Shown here: piece by piece, positions 27,951 through 42,080 of the stretch
How the letters are laid out: each line of letters opens with the position of its first letter
Numbering within the stretch: position 1 is the first letter of the stretch
Origin: the human T2T-CHM13v2.0 reference genome, Homo sapiens
Strand: one strand, 5' to 3'
NCBI RefSeq assembly: GCF_009914755.1
Contig: NC_060932.1
DNA: 64,000 bases
The notes under the pieces: generated by a model
Databases searched by the model: none
Told to the model about the DNA's origin: nothing
Seen by the model: the letters and a program-made list of their open reading frames with translations, nothing else
Program-made: the position numbers and the translations under genes

Positions 27951-30154
27951 TACTCTCCTATCTACCTGTCTATTACTCCAGGCACTAACATAAGCTACTT
28001 ATATTTTAAAAAGTAATTACACAAAATGCCTTTAGTATTACATGCCAAAGAGACAAATCCTTCTAATTTTTCACATATATTGGTAATTTGAGACATTTTT
28101 CTGCTATGAAGTCTAATTTGCTCAAAAAATTTTATGCTTGCCTACCAATATTTTTCTAAAGCAATTTAAGCATCAGTGAATCACTGATAAGTACTAGGCA
28201 GAAATACAAATCATTTGAAATATCCCAGACCAAAAAAAAAAACATTTTATGGAATTACCAAGTATTGACTTTTTCATGGAACTAATATCATACAGAGATA
28301 AAATGTCGAGACATAACTTTTGGTACTATGAGACTATAGCTTCTAATAGATACTTAAAATATGAAGCCAGGACATATAATAGATACCTTTTTTCCTTCCT
28401 CACATCTATGAAGATGAAGAAAATTTAAACACATTACAAAATATCTGAAGATATTGTGAGCCATTTTTTATGGCCATTCTTAGAAATTTTTCATGACTTC
28501 TATTTTTTGGCCAGTCTCAGAAATTTGTCAGGACTTTTTGGAAAGAGAGGATTATTATAACAAAGAGAGCAGAAAGAAAGAGGGAAGTATATGTGTTAGA
28601 GGTGATATGGGTAAACACAGAGGCTACAAACAATTGAAGCGAGACAGAGCAAGGGGGTAGCAAGAGAAGGATGGGAGAGAGAAAAGGAGAGAAAACTGTG
28701 ATTGCAGAAAGAGTTTGAGATTAATAGCAAATGCAAGGAGGAAAAAACAGGATGAGGAAATGGATGTCGTGGAAGCAGAATTCACTTTTCTTGTGTAATT
28801 TCAATTCAGTCTGAACACACCATCCCTTCCTATCCTTTTGTCAATGAGATAGGCTTTTAGCTTTCATTTCCTGTTGTTTACCACATCGGACTCTAGGATT
28901 TGGCTGCCTTCTTTGTCTCCTGCTACACCCATCACCACCACCAATCCCAAACCAGCCAGAAGGTAGAGATTGCTCCAAGGTTATACCTTTGAACTTTTCT
29001 GTATCCTGAAAGTACTTGAGTACACTCAAGGAACTTAAATAAGTCTCTCTCATTTTTTTTTTTTTTTTGCTTCCCTCCTTTCTCTGCACACCGCCTCCCT
29101 CCAGCATTCCCTTTTTCGTTACTATTCTCTTCTGTCTCAAAGAGAGGGAAAAAAAAGAGATTTCTTTGGAGTGCCACCGCTCAATAACAAATACCATTTT
29201 GGCAAAAACCTTCATAGAATATGCTTCATGTCAATTGATTGGGACTTTAAAAGCTATGAGATTTGACAAGTTGCGCTTTTCTACATAATTGCAGCGTGTC
29301 TCAAATAGGGTTTTAAGTTACGACGCCAAAAGGAAAATGATTTGAACAACTTGAAATGTTAGATGACTTGTTTGGAATATTCTTGTTGGAGACTCACTGC
29401 TGTAATGAAGTGGATTCTTTTTTTCATGAATAACAGAAAAAGTCAGAAGTTCACTCGATATTTTGAAGATATACTTGACCAAACTCGACTTTATCAGAAA
29501 TAAGCATTACAATGGCTTCAGTGTTAAGTACAATTATAAAACCATTTAAAAATATGAATCTGACAAGAAATAAACCAGGTAAATTGACCTATTAACATTA
29601 AATAAACCCATGCAGTAAAAATAAGTGCATTTCATGTATTTACAGCTGTTATTGCAGTAATTTGGAGTGCTCTGCCTGGCAGATTTTCTCTTATAAACTA
29701 AGAAAAGTAAGAACTTGTTGCAAGAATTAGATTAGCAAAAGCACTAGACAATCCTTAACTTTTTAGCATATGTAAAATTTAGTGTGTGTTCCACCATATG
29801 GCAGTCAATCAAAGAAATTGAATTTTTCTAACTGAAGGAGAAGAAGGGGTTTTTTTCCTTCCCATTTATCATTTCCATTATAACTTTAACCTCCTTGTAT
29901 GTTGAACTCTAGGAATAGCCCCAAATTTCATTTTCATGTTTAACATGTATTTCAGAGATAAAACATGAACCTTATCTTACTCCCTCTGCTGGGAAAACTT
30001 TCAAATTAGTATCTTCCTCCTATACCTGCACACCAAAATTTAGATAAAGGTAGACACTAAACATCCAGCAAATCTACAGAGATAGCTCCATAGACCCATG
30101 CATCTCAATAGAGGTACAAGATAAAATGTACCATATTTCTCTTTAAAAACCTTT

Positions 30155-30444
30155 TGAGAGATGCAGGAGGCAGACAAATGCCTAGGCAGATAAGGAAGTG
30201 TCCCCAGAGAATCTTCGACTGGTCCCACAAGTGTTTACACGAGATGTTTTTGTGTGGATAAGGAACCTGCACAGGGTCTTGCTTGGGCATACCCACACTG
30301 GACTGGAGGCCCCCATGCACTGGGGGACTGGGATAGAGCCACCAGGAATTCATGCCTTACGTGGGAGGAGGAGCCTGTCCTCTCTGGGTTGTGTGTGGTG
30401 GCCTGATTTTCAGTGTGAGGTGACAGCCTGTTGGCAGGAACTCT

Positions 30445-30477
<33 letters not shown>

Positions 30478-30588
30478 GTAATGAATCCACCCTCCTCACC
30501 TTTCAATGTGTTCCTGTGCCTAATTTTTCCTGGTCATGAGACAAGAACCCAGATTTCAGCGAACTAAGCAGCAAAAAATCCTGCATCA
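30155..30588 (+). mobile_element. ERV1 solo LTR, MER61-like
   Basis: Starts tgagagatgcaggaggcagacaaatgcctaggcagat; ends gaactaagcagcaaaaaatcctgcatca. Confidence 0.8.
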
Positions 30589-30689
30589 ATATTCCCCTGG
30601 TATGATCTGCCTCAGTTGATGGTGCACCCGTAAGAAACCTAAGAGTCACTCTCCCTCTCTCTCCATACCATACTCAGTAATAACAAATT

Positions 30690-32030
30690 CTTTGAATGTA
30701 CTCTCTATCTCAGGTCAGGACTCCATTGCCTTTCTTGTGAAAAACTGGTATCTTTTTGACTGGTCTTCTATTTGCATACTTACTCTTTCAAATCTAGCCT
30801 TCACATAGCCATGAGAAGGATGTGATATCTCCCAGATATACCACAGGTTAGATTTTACATTTTGAGTCCATTGGTGAGTGCTTTTGTTTAATAGGATGTT
30901 TGGTCTGTTTACAATTATCTCCACTTAGTAAGTGATGCACAATGTTTGCTCTTAGCTCTATCATAGGTTATATGTTCTCTGATATAAATATATGTGTGTG
31001 CATGTGTGTGTATATATATACACAAATATATATATACACACATACATATATATACTTATCCACTATATGGTCTTTGACTTATCTGGATTTCCTCTGAGAA
31101 TTTAGGTTCATTTTTGTTCTCATAGTTACATTTATAACTATAATTTTATATAGTATTCTAATCCTCCTTTCTCTTCAGTTTCTCTACTATAAGCAAGAAT
31201 TTAGATAACATTTTCCTTCCCCCTCAACTTTATGGATTATACCATTTTCTTAATGTTTATATTAAGTATCCTAATATATACACTGCCTGATGTGTGTGTT
31301 TCAAATTATATCTTTGAGCCTTGGCTTTATAGATCCAAATCCTTACAGAGTCTCCCAGCATTGCTCCTCCTTCTTCCTCCCAAATCTAGCCTCTAAAAGA
31401 TCCGTAACTTTTACATTGTCAGGCTTTATGACTTTTACATTCTTTTTTGTAACTATGATTCTCACACCTGTTTTAGTTTTTCCTCCTATATTTACTTGTA
31501 TTCACTACCAGTCTTTATTAAATTTATTATAGGCAGGAATGTACCCCAAGATTTAATCAAAGACCATGGAAATTATGTTCACTGATTTTCTTTTTACATG
31601 TTCAAAAACAGCCTATCTGTTGTCTTTATATCTGACAGTCATTTTGGTTGCCTTGGCCTAAACTTCAGTCCTATATTTTTTTCTTTGAGGACTTCATAGA
31701 CATTGTTCCATTTTCTTTTGGGTCCTGACTATTGCTATTGCTAACTATAAGATGAAATTATTTTTTCTGGCTTATAGATAACTTGGGTTTCACCTGTACG
31801 CTTAAGCAAATAAGTTTGCCTTGAGAATTTAGTAACTTTACTAGGCTATATTTCTCAACTGCAATTATTGTCTGTTAATTTCTCCCAATATATGTTTGGT
31901 GCATTCATTTTGTAGATTCAAACCTTCTATTTCTCAGGAAAATCATCTTCAAATGTATTGTTCAAAGGTTTTCCGATCCATTATTTTGGTGATTCTATTC
32001 AGAGATTCCAACAATGTCCATCATATTTAT
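30690..32030 (-). mobile_element. Old L1M fragments
   Basis: Degenerate T-rich antisense L1 sequence (ttagtaactttactaggctatattt); approximate. Confidence 0.45.
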
Positions 32031-32235
32031 TTAGAATTCCTTTTAAGATTCAGGGAGTCCATGTGCAGGCTGATTAAATAGGTATATTGTGTGACACTGA
32101 GGTTTGGGCTTCTAATCATCCTATCGCCCAAGTAGGGAACATAGTACCCGATAGGTAACTTTTCAATCCTTTCTTCTCCCCCTCCCTCTCCCCTTTTGGA
32201 ATCCCCAGTGTCCACTGTTTCCATTTTTGGGCCCA
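32030..32235 (-). mobile_element. L1PA13-16-like 3' end
   Basis: ttttaagattcagggagtccatgtgcagg...catagtacccgataggt...ccccagtgtc. Confidence 0.85.
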
Positions 32236-32735
32236 GCAACATACACTTTTGATTGCCTGCTCTTTTCTCTTTAATCCTCTCCAACCCTTCATTTCTGTTC
32301 CATTTCTTCTCCAGCCGGTCCTCTATTTTTCCTTCGCCATTTTTTTTATCTTCTGTTTTTCTTGTTTGTATTTTCTTTCAGCATCTCTGTAAAGACCCAT
32401 TTTCAATTATTTATTTGATTCCTGGACGAGATATTTGCAGTGGAGGCAGAGAGGGAGTGACTTCTGGCCTTGTTCCAGGCAGATATTCAGTGAAATTTTT
32501 TATGACACAAGATTTCCAATAGAATTTTTTTTTTAGTGTCTCCCTAGCCAGCTCCTTAGAAGCTCCAATACTGCTCACAATGCCTGGCCACTTTGCATCC
32601 ATCCTGCCTCACCGAAGGACTCTGTGGGTCAATCTGACCTAACCTACATGCACTCAGCGTCAAAGGAAGTCCACGGAAGTTCCTACCACCAGCCTGAGCA
32701 TCCTGCCCCTCTCCAAAGAGCTGGTTGGTAGTGTG

Positions 32736-33436
<701 letters not shown>

Positions 33437-34313
33437 GTATGCTTCTCAAAAGGTGCTTCCTACTTCAAGACACTAAATTTTTTTAGGTCTATGGTGGCTA
33501 AATCGTCTTTCTGTGTCTTCCCTGAAAATGAAGCTTTTGTCCAATTTTTGTATTTCCGCATTTACAGTGTGATTTTCAAATGACAAAAGGAGTAATGTCA
33601 TTTATTTGCATTTTAAAATCAGAAGTCTGAGATGCATTTTTACTTTTAAGTTTTTCTCAATTTTTTAAATGTTTTAACGTTTTAAATGTTTTTATCTTAA
33701 AGAAACCTAGTTTATGACAGATGGCTACCCCTACTTTTATCAGAGATGACTAGTGGAGATGCACATTTTTGGAATTGGCCAGATCCAATGGCTTTTTTTT
33801 TTTTTTACCCTCAATAAAGCATGAGAAAGATAAAATAAAGAGGTGAAAAAGAAGGTTTGAAAGAACAGAAAAAAATAGAGGTTTGTAATAAGTATTAAGT
33901 AGAGGGGAAGAATAAACAAGTTTGACACACACAGTGACATTTCCAGTAGGTGTTGTGTACCTGTTTGTAATTAGTGATAATGAAGGGAATGTACACAAGC
34001 TGCCAAATTTTCGGATTTTTCTTAACAACACCAATTTCCTTAAGAGGAGCTTAGAATGTGAGAGAAAAGGCAGGTAACTGGATTTATCCAGGGTTACAGG
34101 TGTGCTATGCAAGCTCAACAGAGACAGAGATACAAAGGAACAGATCATTGTAAGGAATTGATTTCAAAAAAGGAAAAGAAAACCAAAGTTGAACGAGGAA
34201 AAAAGTAAATACTAAAGCTGCCTAATGGGTTGAGATACTATAATGTCCTGTACAGTTCTTTAGATTTGTTGCTTTTATTATTCACGCTTCTTAACTGGAA
34301 TGTAATTTTCTTA

Positions 34314-34604
<291 letters not shown>

Positions 34605-34679
34605 TTATTTGGAATCCTTCCCTCAGGCAGCATGGTCTATATTAGGTACTCAATAAACACATGTTGGTTAATTAACAGA

Positions 34680-34682
34680 TAC

Positions 34683-34715
<33 letters not shown>

Positions 34716-34762
34716 TATATATGTGTGTGTGTATATCTCTAAGTGTGTGTGTGTGTGTGTAT
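34680..34762. repeat. Compound (TA)/(CA)/(TG) microsatellite
   Basis: Direct reading. Confidence 0.9.
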
Positions 34763-35856
34763 AAAACTGTTAAGAGAGAGAAATGGGGGAGGGTGGTGGA
34801 GGGAATTTCCAAAACACTGAGTTACAGAAATTACAAAATCCATGCAAAGGTCAGAAAGACTGAGATCTCTTTTTTCATTCTTGTACACTGGGACACATGG
34901 CATAGAATATAAAAACGTCCAGTGCAGAGGCATGGCAGGGTGAACTGGAAGCAGGAATGACATTTCAATACTTATTTGTCTGCAATTTACATCTATTATC
35001 CCTGAGAGGACCTTTGTTACTTTGAGGTTGTTTTCCTTCCTACCTTCTTATTAAGTCAATATGACCTAAAGAACCATTAATGGAGCTATAATTGAATAAA
35101 GCAACAGTTCTTTCATTATTGCTCAGTTGACTTCCTGTCATATCTAAAAATGACCTTACTTTGAAAGGCTGACTTCGAAGACTGTTTACGTACAAAAGGT
35201 TCACTTAGACAGTATTCAATTTTCTAGCATTTTTTTTTCTAAACTGCAGATCAAAGCACTAGATTTCACAGTCTGATTTTACCTTCTTTATTCATTGAAT
35301 TTACTACAGACAAATTTCTGCATGAAAACAGGAATGCTCATGTATCTATAGCTTATGAACTAATAGTCGTGTTCAAATGAAATATCTACCAGTACAAGGA
35401 GATAGATCTTAACACAAACAGAATAACACAAAATAGACTCACAGATGCCCAAGGAAATTGGAATTGTAAAATGAAACTAAGAGACCTACAGATTATAAAC
35501 ATTCATATCAATTTCCCACCTTTCTCTGGTTAATTACAAATCTATTAATTTCCCATGTTTTTAATAAAAGTTAAAACAAATTATAAACCTTATAATCAAT
35601 GTAGAAATAGCATATAAACAGATCATCTCTCCTTAGAATAACGGTATCACCGATTTCAACACATATAATTCATATAGCCTAAACTTTTTTCATTAAACAA
35701 AATATCTAAGGTAAATTATTTGCCAAATTAAAAATTTCCTTTAATTCTCCTAAAATGGCCTCTATAAACATGGGAATCTAGTTAACATATGTGTTTACTG
35801 CTTTATTAAAGTAATAACTTTTTTGCTATTTCTATATATGAGAAATTAATTCAATG

Positions 35857-36186
35857 TTATTATTATTATTAGAGACAGTATCTCATTGTCACCTAGGCTG
35901 GAGTCCAGTGGTTCTATCACAGCTCACTGCAGCCTTGACCTCCCAGGCTCAAGCAATCCTCCCACCTCAGCCTCCAGAGTAGCTGAGGCCACAGGCATGT
36001 GCTTTCATGTCCAGCTAATTGTTTTGGCGTGTGCTGTTTTTTGGGTTTTTTGTTGTTGTTGTTTTGTTTTGTTTTGTTTTGAGATGGGGTCTCCCTACGT
36101 TCCCCAGGCTGGTCTCTAGCTCTTGGGCTCAAACAGTCTTCCCACCTCATTGCTGGGGTTACAGGTATAAGCCACTGCACCTGGCC
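35857..36186 (-). mobile_element. AluJ
   Basis: cacagctcactgcagccttgacctcccaggctcaagc; expanded T-rich middle linker. Confidence 0.9.
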
Positions 36187-36744
36187 AAGAACTTGATTGT
36201 TTTAAAAAGTTAAATTCTTCCCCATGTTTCATGGTCCTTGACTTTTAAGATTGCTGCGTTCTAGTCCTTTACATTCAGTTATCATTTTGCAAAAAATTAA
36301 TGTACTCATCACAAATTATTCTCATGACCATTAGAACACAGTTGAAAATGTATACCATGTCTTTTGAAAAATTGTAGAAACTGATTATCTGCCTGGTTTA
36401 AAATTTTACGTGGTAAATCTCCAAACAAGTAGTTCTGTTTTCAAGAAAAATATGGAATTCTGACTGGCATATGTCTGTTAATGTTCTTCAGATCAATATT
36501 GTCCGTGGTCACTGTTCTATGTCCTTTATAGATATCATTGACATCTTCTGATAAGTATTTCTATGATGCATTTAAAGACAATTTTAAAATTCAGTCTATA
36601 TTGAGACATTAATCATTTTATGTCTGATATGAATTACAACACCACAGAGATTATTGACTACATGTCACTGCTTATTCAGATGAACAAAATAAATGTGCGA
36701 AGACATTAAATAAGTTATTCAAAGTAATAAAGCTAGCAATATTA

Positions 36745-37095
<351 letters not shown>

Positions 37096-37269
37096 CTATG
37101 TCTAGTGTAAGAACATATTTTTGGCTACTGGACTCTCATATATGTGAGTTTCACTTAGCAGAACCCCAATATCTGACATTGATAAGTTGAAGACTGACTT
37201 TATCTTATGAAACCACACCAAATGCCTCCCCTCTTTCTCTTAGCTCCATTAGCAATAGTCAGTATAATT

Positions 37270-37530
37270 CAGTGGCAATAATTATGATTATGTGCTCCAC
37301 CTACTATTTGCCAAGTGACCATGTAATTTGATAGATACACATTATCTAATTTTATCCTCAAAATAACCCCAGGAGATCTATGCAGTCAATTATCCTGGCT
37401 TTGATGAAGAAAATGAGGCCTCAGAGAGTTAAATAACTTTGACAAATGTAGACAGCCAATAGGAGGTGCAGCTAATATTTGACCCAGGTTTATTTAACAA
37501 CAAAATCCAAACCCTACTCACAGTTAATTT
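37270..37530 (-). mobile_element. MIR
   Basis: tttatcctcaaaataacccc...gatgaagaaaatgaggcctcagagagttaaataactt. Confidence 0.7.
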
Positions 37531-38839
37531 TAACATCCTTAACTTCTATGCTCTCATTTTTACTTCCCATTCGAACCTTCTATTAATCCCCTCAATGCCT
37601 AGCACCTTAAATGAGTAAATTACCTTTGACTTACAGAAAGGGGCAATGATCAGTAAAGGTGATCATGTAGAAGACTCTTAGACACACGTGCTGAAATCTA
37701 AGACTGCAGTACACGATGGGTCCATTCATCAGGAAAACAAAACAAAAAGCCTTCTTTCCAGGTTCCAAAAATAAGGAAATAAATTCCCCAGGAGTGGCAT
37801 TGTCAATTTCACTAAAACAGGAGGATGTGGGATATGACATGTCAATATCAGCTCAGTCTAACCCAGAATCTGTAGGTAACCTGACAGCTTGGCCATGGCA
37901 AGGAAATAACACCTGACAGATAATCCCTCCTTAAAAAATTAGTTCCAGAACAAGTTGAACTATAATGTACATTTTATTTTGCTTGATTTCTCCTGGATAT
38001 TCTACCCACCAACTTTGCTACTCTTTTTTTCCTCTCTTGCCCACACATCTACGCTAGATATGAATCCACCATTCTTCTGACAAGGGACTCCTGTCTACAT
38101 TTTGCCAAGTCAACACACCTTCAGAGGCAGCCCTCTGTCATTCTTGTCTGCATACCCCTGTGGATATTTCTCCCACCTATCATCACCTACCCTCCTGTTG
38201 GGTACAAAAACCATGAATGCTACAAAATGTGGGTTTCTGATGTTCCCTTTATCTGCTGTTCCGGAATGGAATTATATTCTTCTGCATTTAAGAACATACT
38301 TTCCGTGTTATTTTTAATTAATAAACATTTGCTTCTAGAGCCTGGTGATTTTGTGAAATGTAATCGATTTCCATGGATATTGCATAATAAAATCTAAACT
38401 TAATTAGCATTCTTCAGATAAAGAATACTATTTAACAAGAGTGGTAAATTTAAAAGGGCACATTCTAACAAGCAAAATATTAAAATTCTAGGGTAAATTG
38501 AAAGATGCTTCTTGCAGCAATATCTGAACAATATAACAATCTCTCCTTATGTCTCTGTGTTCAGAAATCAGGAAAATATTCTTGCATACTCCGAAAACTA
38601 CAACGTGGTTGCTAAAGACACATAAGCTTGGGTTTGGAAAAGACCATTCGCATACCTTATTCCAATCAGCTCCTCTTAGAGGTGAGTGCATCTAAACATG
38701 GAAAGTATGTTTTTTCCATGTTTCCAAGTATTTTCTTTCCATGCCCTTGATTCAATACCTATTGAATATGTATCTGAACATATGTCTTGTACAGTTTAAT
38801 CATATTAATCCTTGTTCCATCTTCTCTTCCACAATGCAA

Positions 38840-38955
38840 TATTTGAAGTGATAGATCAGCTAATTGACCTGACTTGATCATTTCACAATGTGTACATAGT
38901 GAAGCTGCAAATTATACCTCAAAAACATATACAATTACTATTTGTCAATTTAAAA
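38840..38955 (+). mobile_element. L1MA-like 3' terminus
   Basis: gctaattgacctgacttgatcatttcacaatgt...atatacaattactatttgtcaatttaaaa. Confidence 0.75.
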
Positions 38956-39309
38956 ATTCTGTAATTGAAAAAAATAATTCTGCTTTTTTTTAAAAATTAC
39001 ATCCTCCCAAATTTTTACTTATTTCTCAACTGCTTTGTGGACCTGGAATATTTTCAAATATAAGGATTCTTTACAACTCACTGAAGCAAATTATTTTTTT
39101 CTCTCTGCATTGTCTTTCTGGAGTAATCTTGATCCATTTTTCCAGCCAGGTGGAAACTTCAGTCAAGGAAGACTTCAACTATTCTGAATATCTTACCTTG
39201 TACATTTCACATATAAAGAAGGCATCCTTTTCATTGACTATAGGCAAGTTTTGGTGAAAAGGAAATGATTAATCAGCTCATCTTCTCAAGAGATGACATG
39301 ACACAGAAG

Positions 39310-39520
39310 AACATGGGATTTGAATTCACACATGAGATTTAGCTCACATTTGTCCTAAGCTTTCTGCCATGACTGTAGAATTAAGTAAATCACATACCCT
39401 CTCCGTACTTTTGTTACCCTGTCCCTAAAATGAAGATAATAAAACCTACTGTATAGGATGACTATAGAGATTAAAGGTACCCAACACATAACCAGTGCTA
39501 CAAAATTGTCAACTCATGTC
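39310..39520 (+). mobile_element. MIR
   Basis: ttaagtaaatcacataccctctc...taaaatgaagataataaaacctac. Confidence 0.55.
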
Positions 39521-40959
39521 ACTCTGCTGGATATAGTAAAGTTCGACCAAAATCTACTACAGTAGATTTTGCATTAAGAGGCTCAGGAACATTTCAATCT
39601 GATGTTGGAGATGATGTGTGACTTTTCTAGTATTTCCTGTGTACATCTCAGCACAGTTCCATGTGCATGTTGGGATATCTACATATGTGATGTTAACGTC
39701 AACATCCCTGCTATAAAGACAGAAATATGGCAGACTAACAACATCTCGAACGCTGATTTCATTCCCCACGTTGGTTTTGGCACGTTTTTGAAAATTTTAG
39801 CTGCTTAATGCATTTCTGCCAATAGACAAAAGCTCAACTGATTTCAAAGCATTTGCGGATAAAGTTGTGACCACTGAAGTGTCATTGAGAATAAATCTCT
39901 TAGACATGGGTGTACTAAAGAGCTTGTCGAAAAAAATGACAGTGTTTATTTAATAAGATTGATTTTGTTTTCAGATATTGTATTTAATTATTCATTATGT
40001 AAGTCTCCTTTTTATGTGGGTTCAGCTAACCTAGTATTAACATATGATTAAGTAAAGCTTCAAAGAATGAAACAAGAGTCAACTCCTTAAGTTTACTCAT
40101 AGTATGAAGAAATTCTCTGCAAATAAGCTATCATAATCTAAAAACATTCCATTAAGAATATATAAGGCATAGTATGCATGTATTAAGCTGTCTTACTACT
40201 TACCATGTAAATTAACGTGAGGCTTTATTTTTCTGTATAAACATGCATGTAAAATGCTATTTTTTAGTAACCACCATTACTATATACCTCATATGTCATT
40301 TCTGACTCTCTCTCACTCCACATTAACAAAGCAGAAAAGGAATAATGTAAGTGTGTCTCAAATCACCAATCATACTGAATAGAAAAAGGATCTGAAAGCA
40401 CAAAATTACCATTTTCTGAGTATTCATAGGCAGTGCAATATGCATGATACTTTATATTTTTTGGTGTTTGATCATATTATTGATTACCTATGTTTTACAA
40501 AAGGTAACTGAGATTAGTTAAGAATGTGCCTACATTTACACACGCAGTAAGCGTTAAAACTGAGATTCAAGCTCTTTCATCTATGACATAAGAATATGTC
40601 CTTTAAAGGAAGTTGTCTATTAAATGTCTATGGCATTTAATAAATTATTTAATTTTCTACTGTCCAATTACATTAATTCTGCTCAAAGGTATTGTATTTT
40701 AAAATATTAACATATTTTTCTGTAACCACTTCAGAAAAATTTAATGTGTTTCTCTACAATAAATAATTTTGCCACAACTTGTTCAAAAAAGCACAACTGC
40801 AATACATGTACTTTATATAAATGGAGATGTTAATTCTTGAATAAACATCAGTGTGTAGAATTGTTTAAATAAAAGATGCTCTCATAAACTTGACATTTGA
40901 GACTTAAACTAAGTTCCTCTCTAAAAAAGAATAGAGCCCAGATGAGAAAACGGTTGTCC

Positions 40960-41311
40960 CTTGCTGATAAGACACCCTTTCCCCCTGCACTTATATAAGC
41001 CTCTTTTATTCGTCTACCATGAGGCACAGACATCATTCTTACAGATTGGTCAGTCGCTAAACCATCAGTGTATCATAAAACACATCATGTGCTCCAGAAA
41101 ACAATCAGATAAATAGGCCCAACTCACATGGCCTTTGCACCACAATTGCAAACAAATAATGGTTTGTTTTAGCTTTCCTTTTAGAAATTATAGGTAAGAG
41201 CCAGTATTTTAAATTTCTCATTTTCCTTAGAATTTAATGACGTCACGTAGTCATAGGTGCTCCTAATGTTCATAACAGTAAACACCATCCTTTAACTAAA
41301 CTTATTTGCAT
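40960..41311 (-). promoter_or_regulatory. Candidate promoter/enhancer motif cluster
   Basis: CTTATATAAG 40990-40999, ATTGG 41045-41049, TGACGTCA 41238-41245, GTAAACA 41278-41284, ATTTGCAT 41304-41311, TGATAAG 40965-40971, all in apparently non-repeat DNA. Confidence 0.4.
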
Positions 41312-41889
41312 AGAAGATATTAATGAGCAACACATTTTATTGCTATTAGCAGTGGAAAAAACGATCTCCAACTTACTGAAAGTCTAACGTTAAAATGTTG
41401 GTTTATGGCCATAGTTATATATTATAAATGCCTAATCTTAGAGACAAGCACATATTACTAACCTGGATATACTATAGTCTAATGATTCGATATAAAAATG
41501 ATGAGTAAAACCAACACTAGTTAATATTCATTTCTTTGATTTCTCAGTCTCTTTTGTCTCCATTGCTATTATATTAAGTAGAACAGAAATAAATAGATTT
41601 TAACATGTTCAAATGAGTGTAATGATAATTTCAAGATTTCTCCTGTCTGACTGGGACATGGACAACTAAATACTTCTTGAATTTAAGATAAATTTCTTAA
41701 AATATGCTCCTCTAAAAATCTGAAGGCTGCTGTACAGTAGCTCTCCTATATTCTTTTTTTTAATGAGACTTTCCAAAAAATGAAGTTTTACCATACAGTG
41801 ATACTCCTCATGTCAAAAACCTGGATGGAAAATTAACTTTCATCGAGTTTATAGTAAAGATTGGGAAATAAAATGCATATAATCAAGAA

Positions 41890-42080
41890 CTCTAGCTCCA
41901 AGCCATTCACAAACTTGGTACTTTTTACCTGCTTGGCCTTCAGCAAGTTACTTAATCTGTGTGTGCCACAGCTCATAATCCTAAAACTCATCTCTTAAGT
42001 GTATTTTGGGGACTGAGGACATGAACAGAATGTGCTTACAGCTGCGTCATGTACACAGTAAGTACTCAATACAGCTTAGC
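41890..42080 (+). mobile_element. MIR
   Basis: ggccttcagcaagttacttaatctgtgtgtgcc...acacagtaagtactcaata. Confidence 0.6.
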
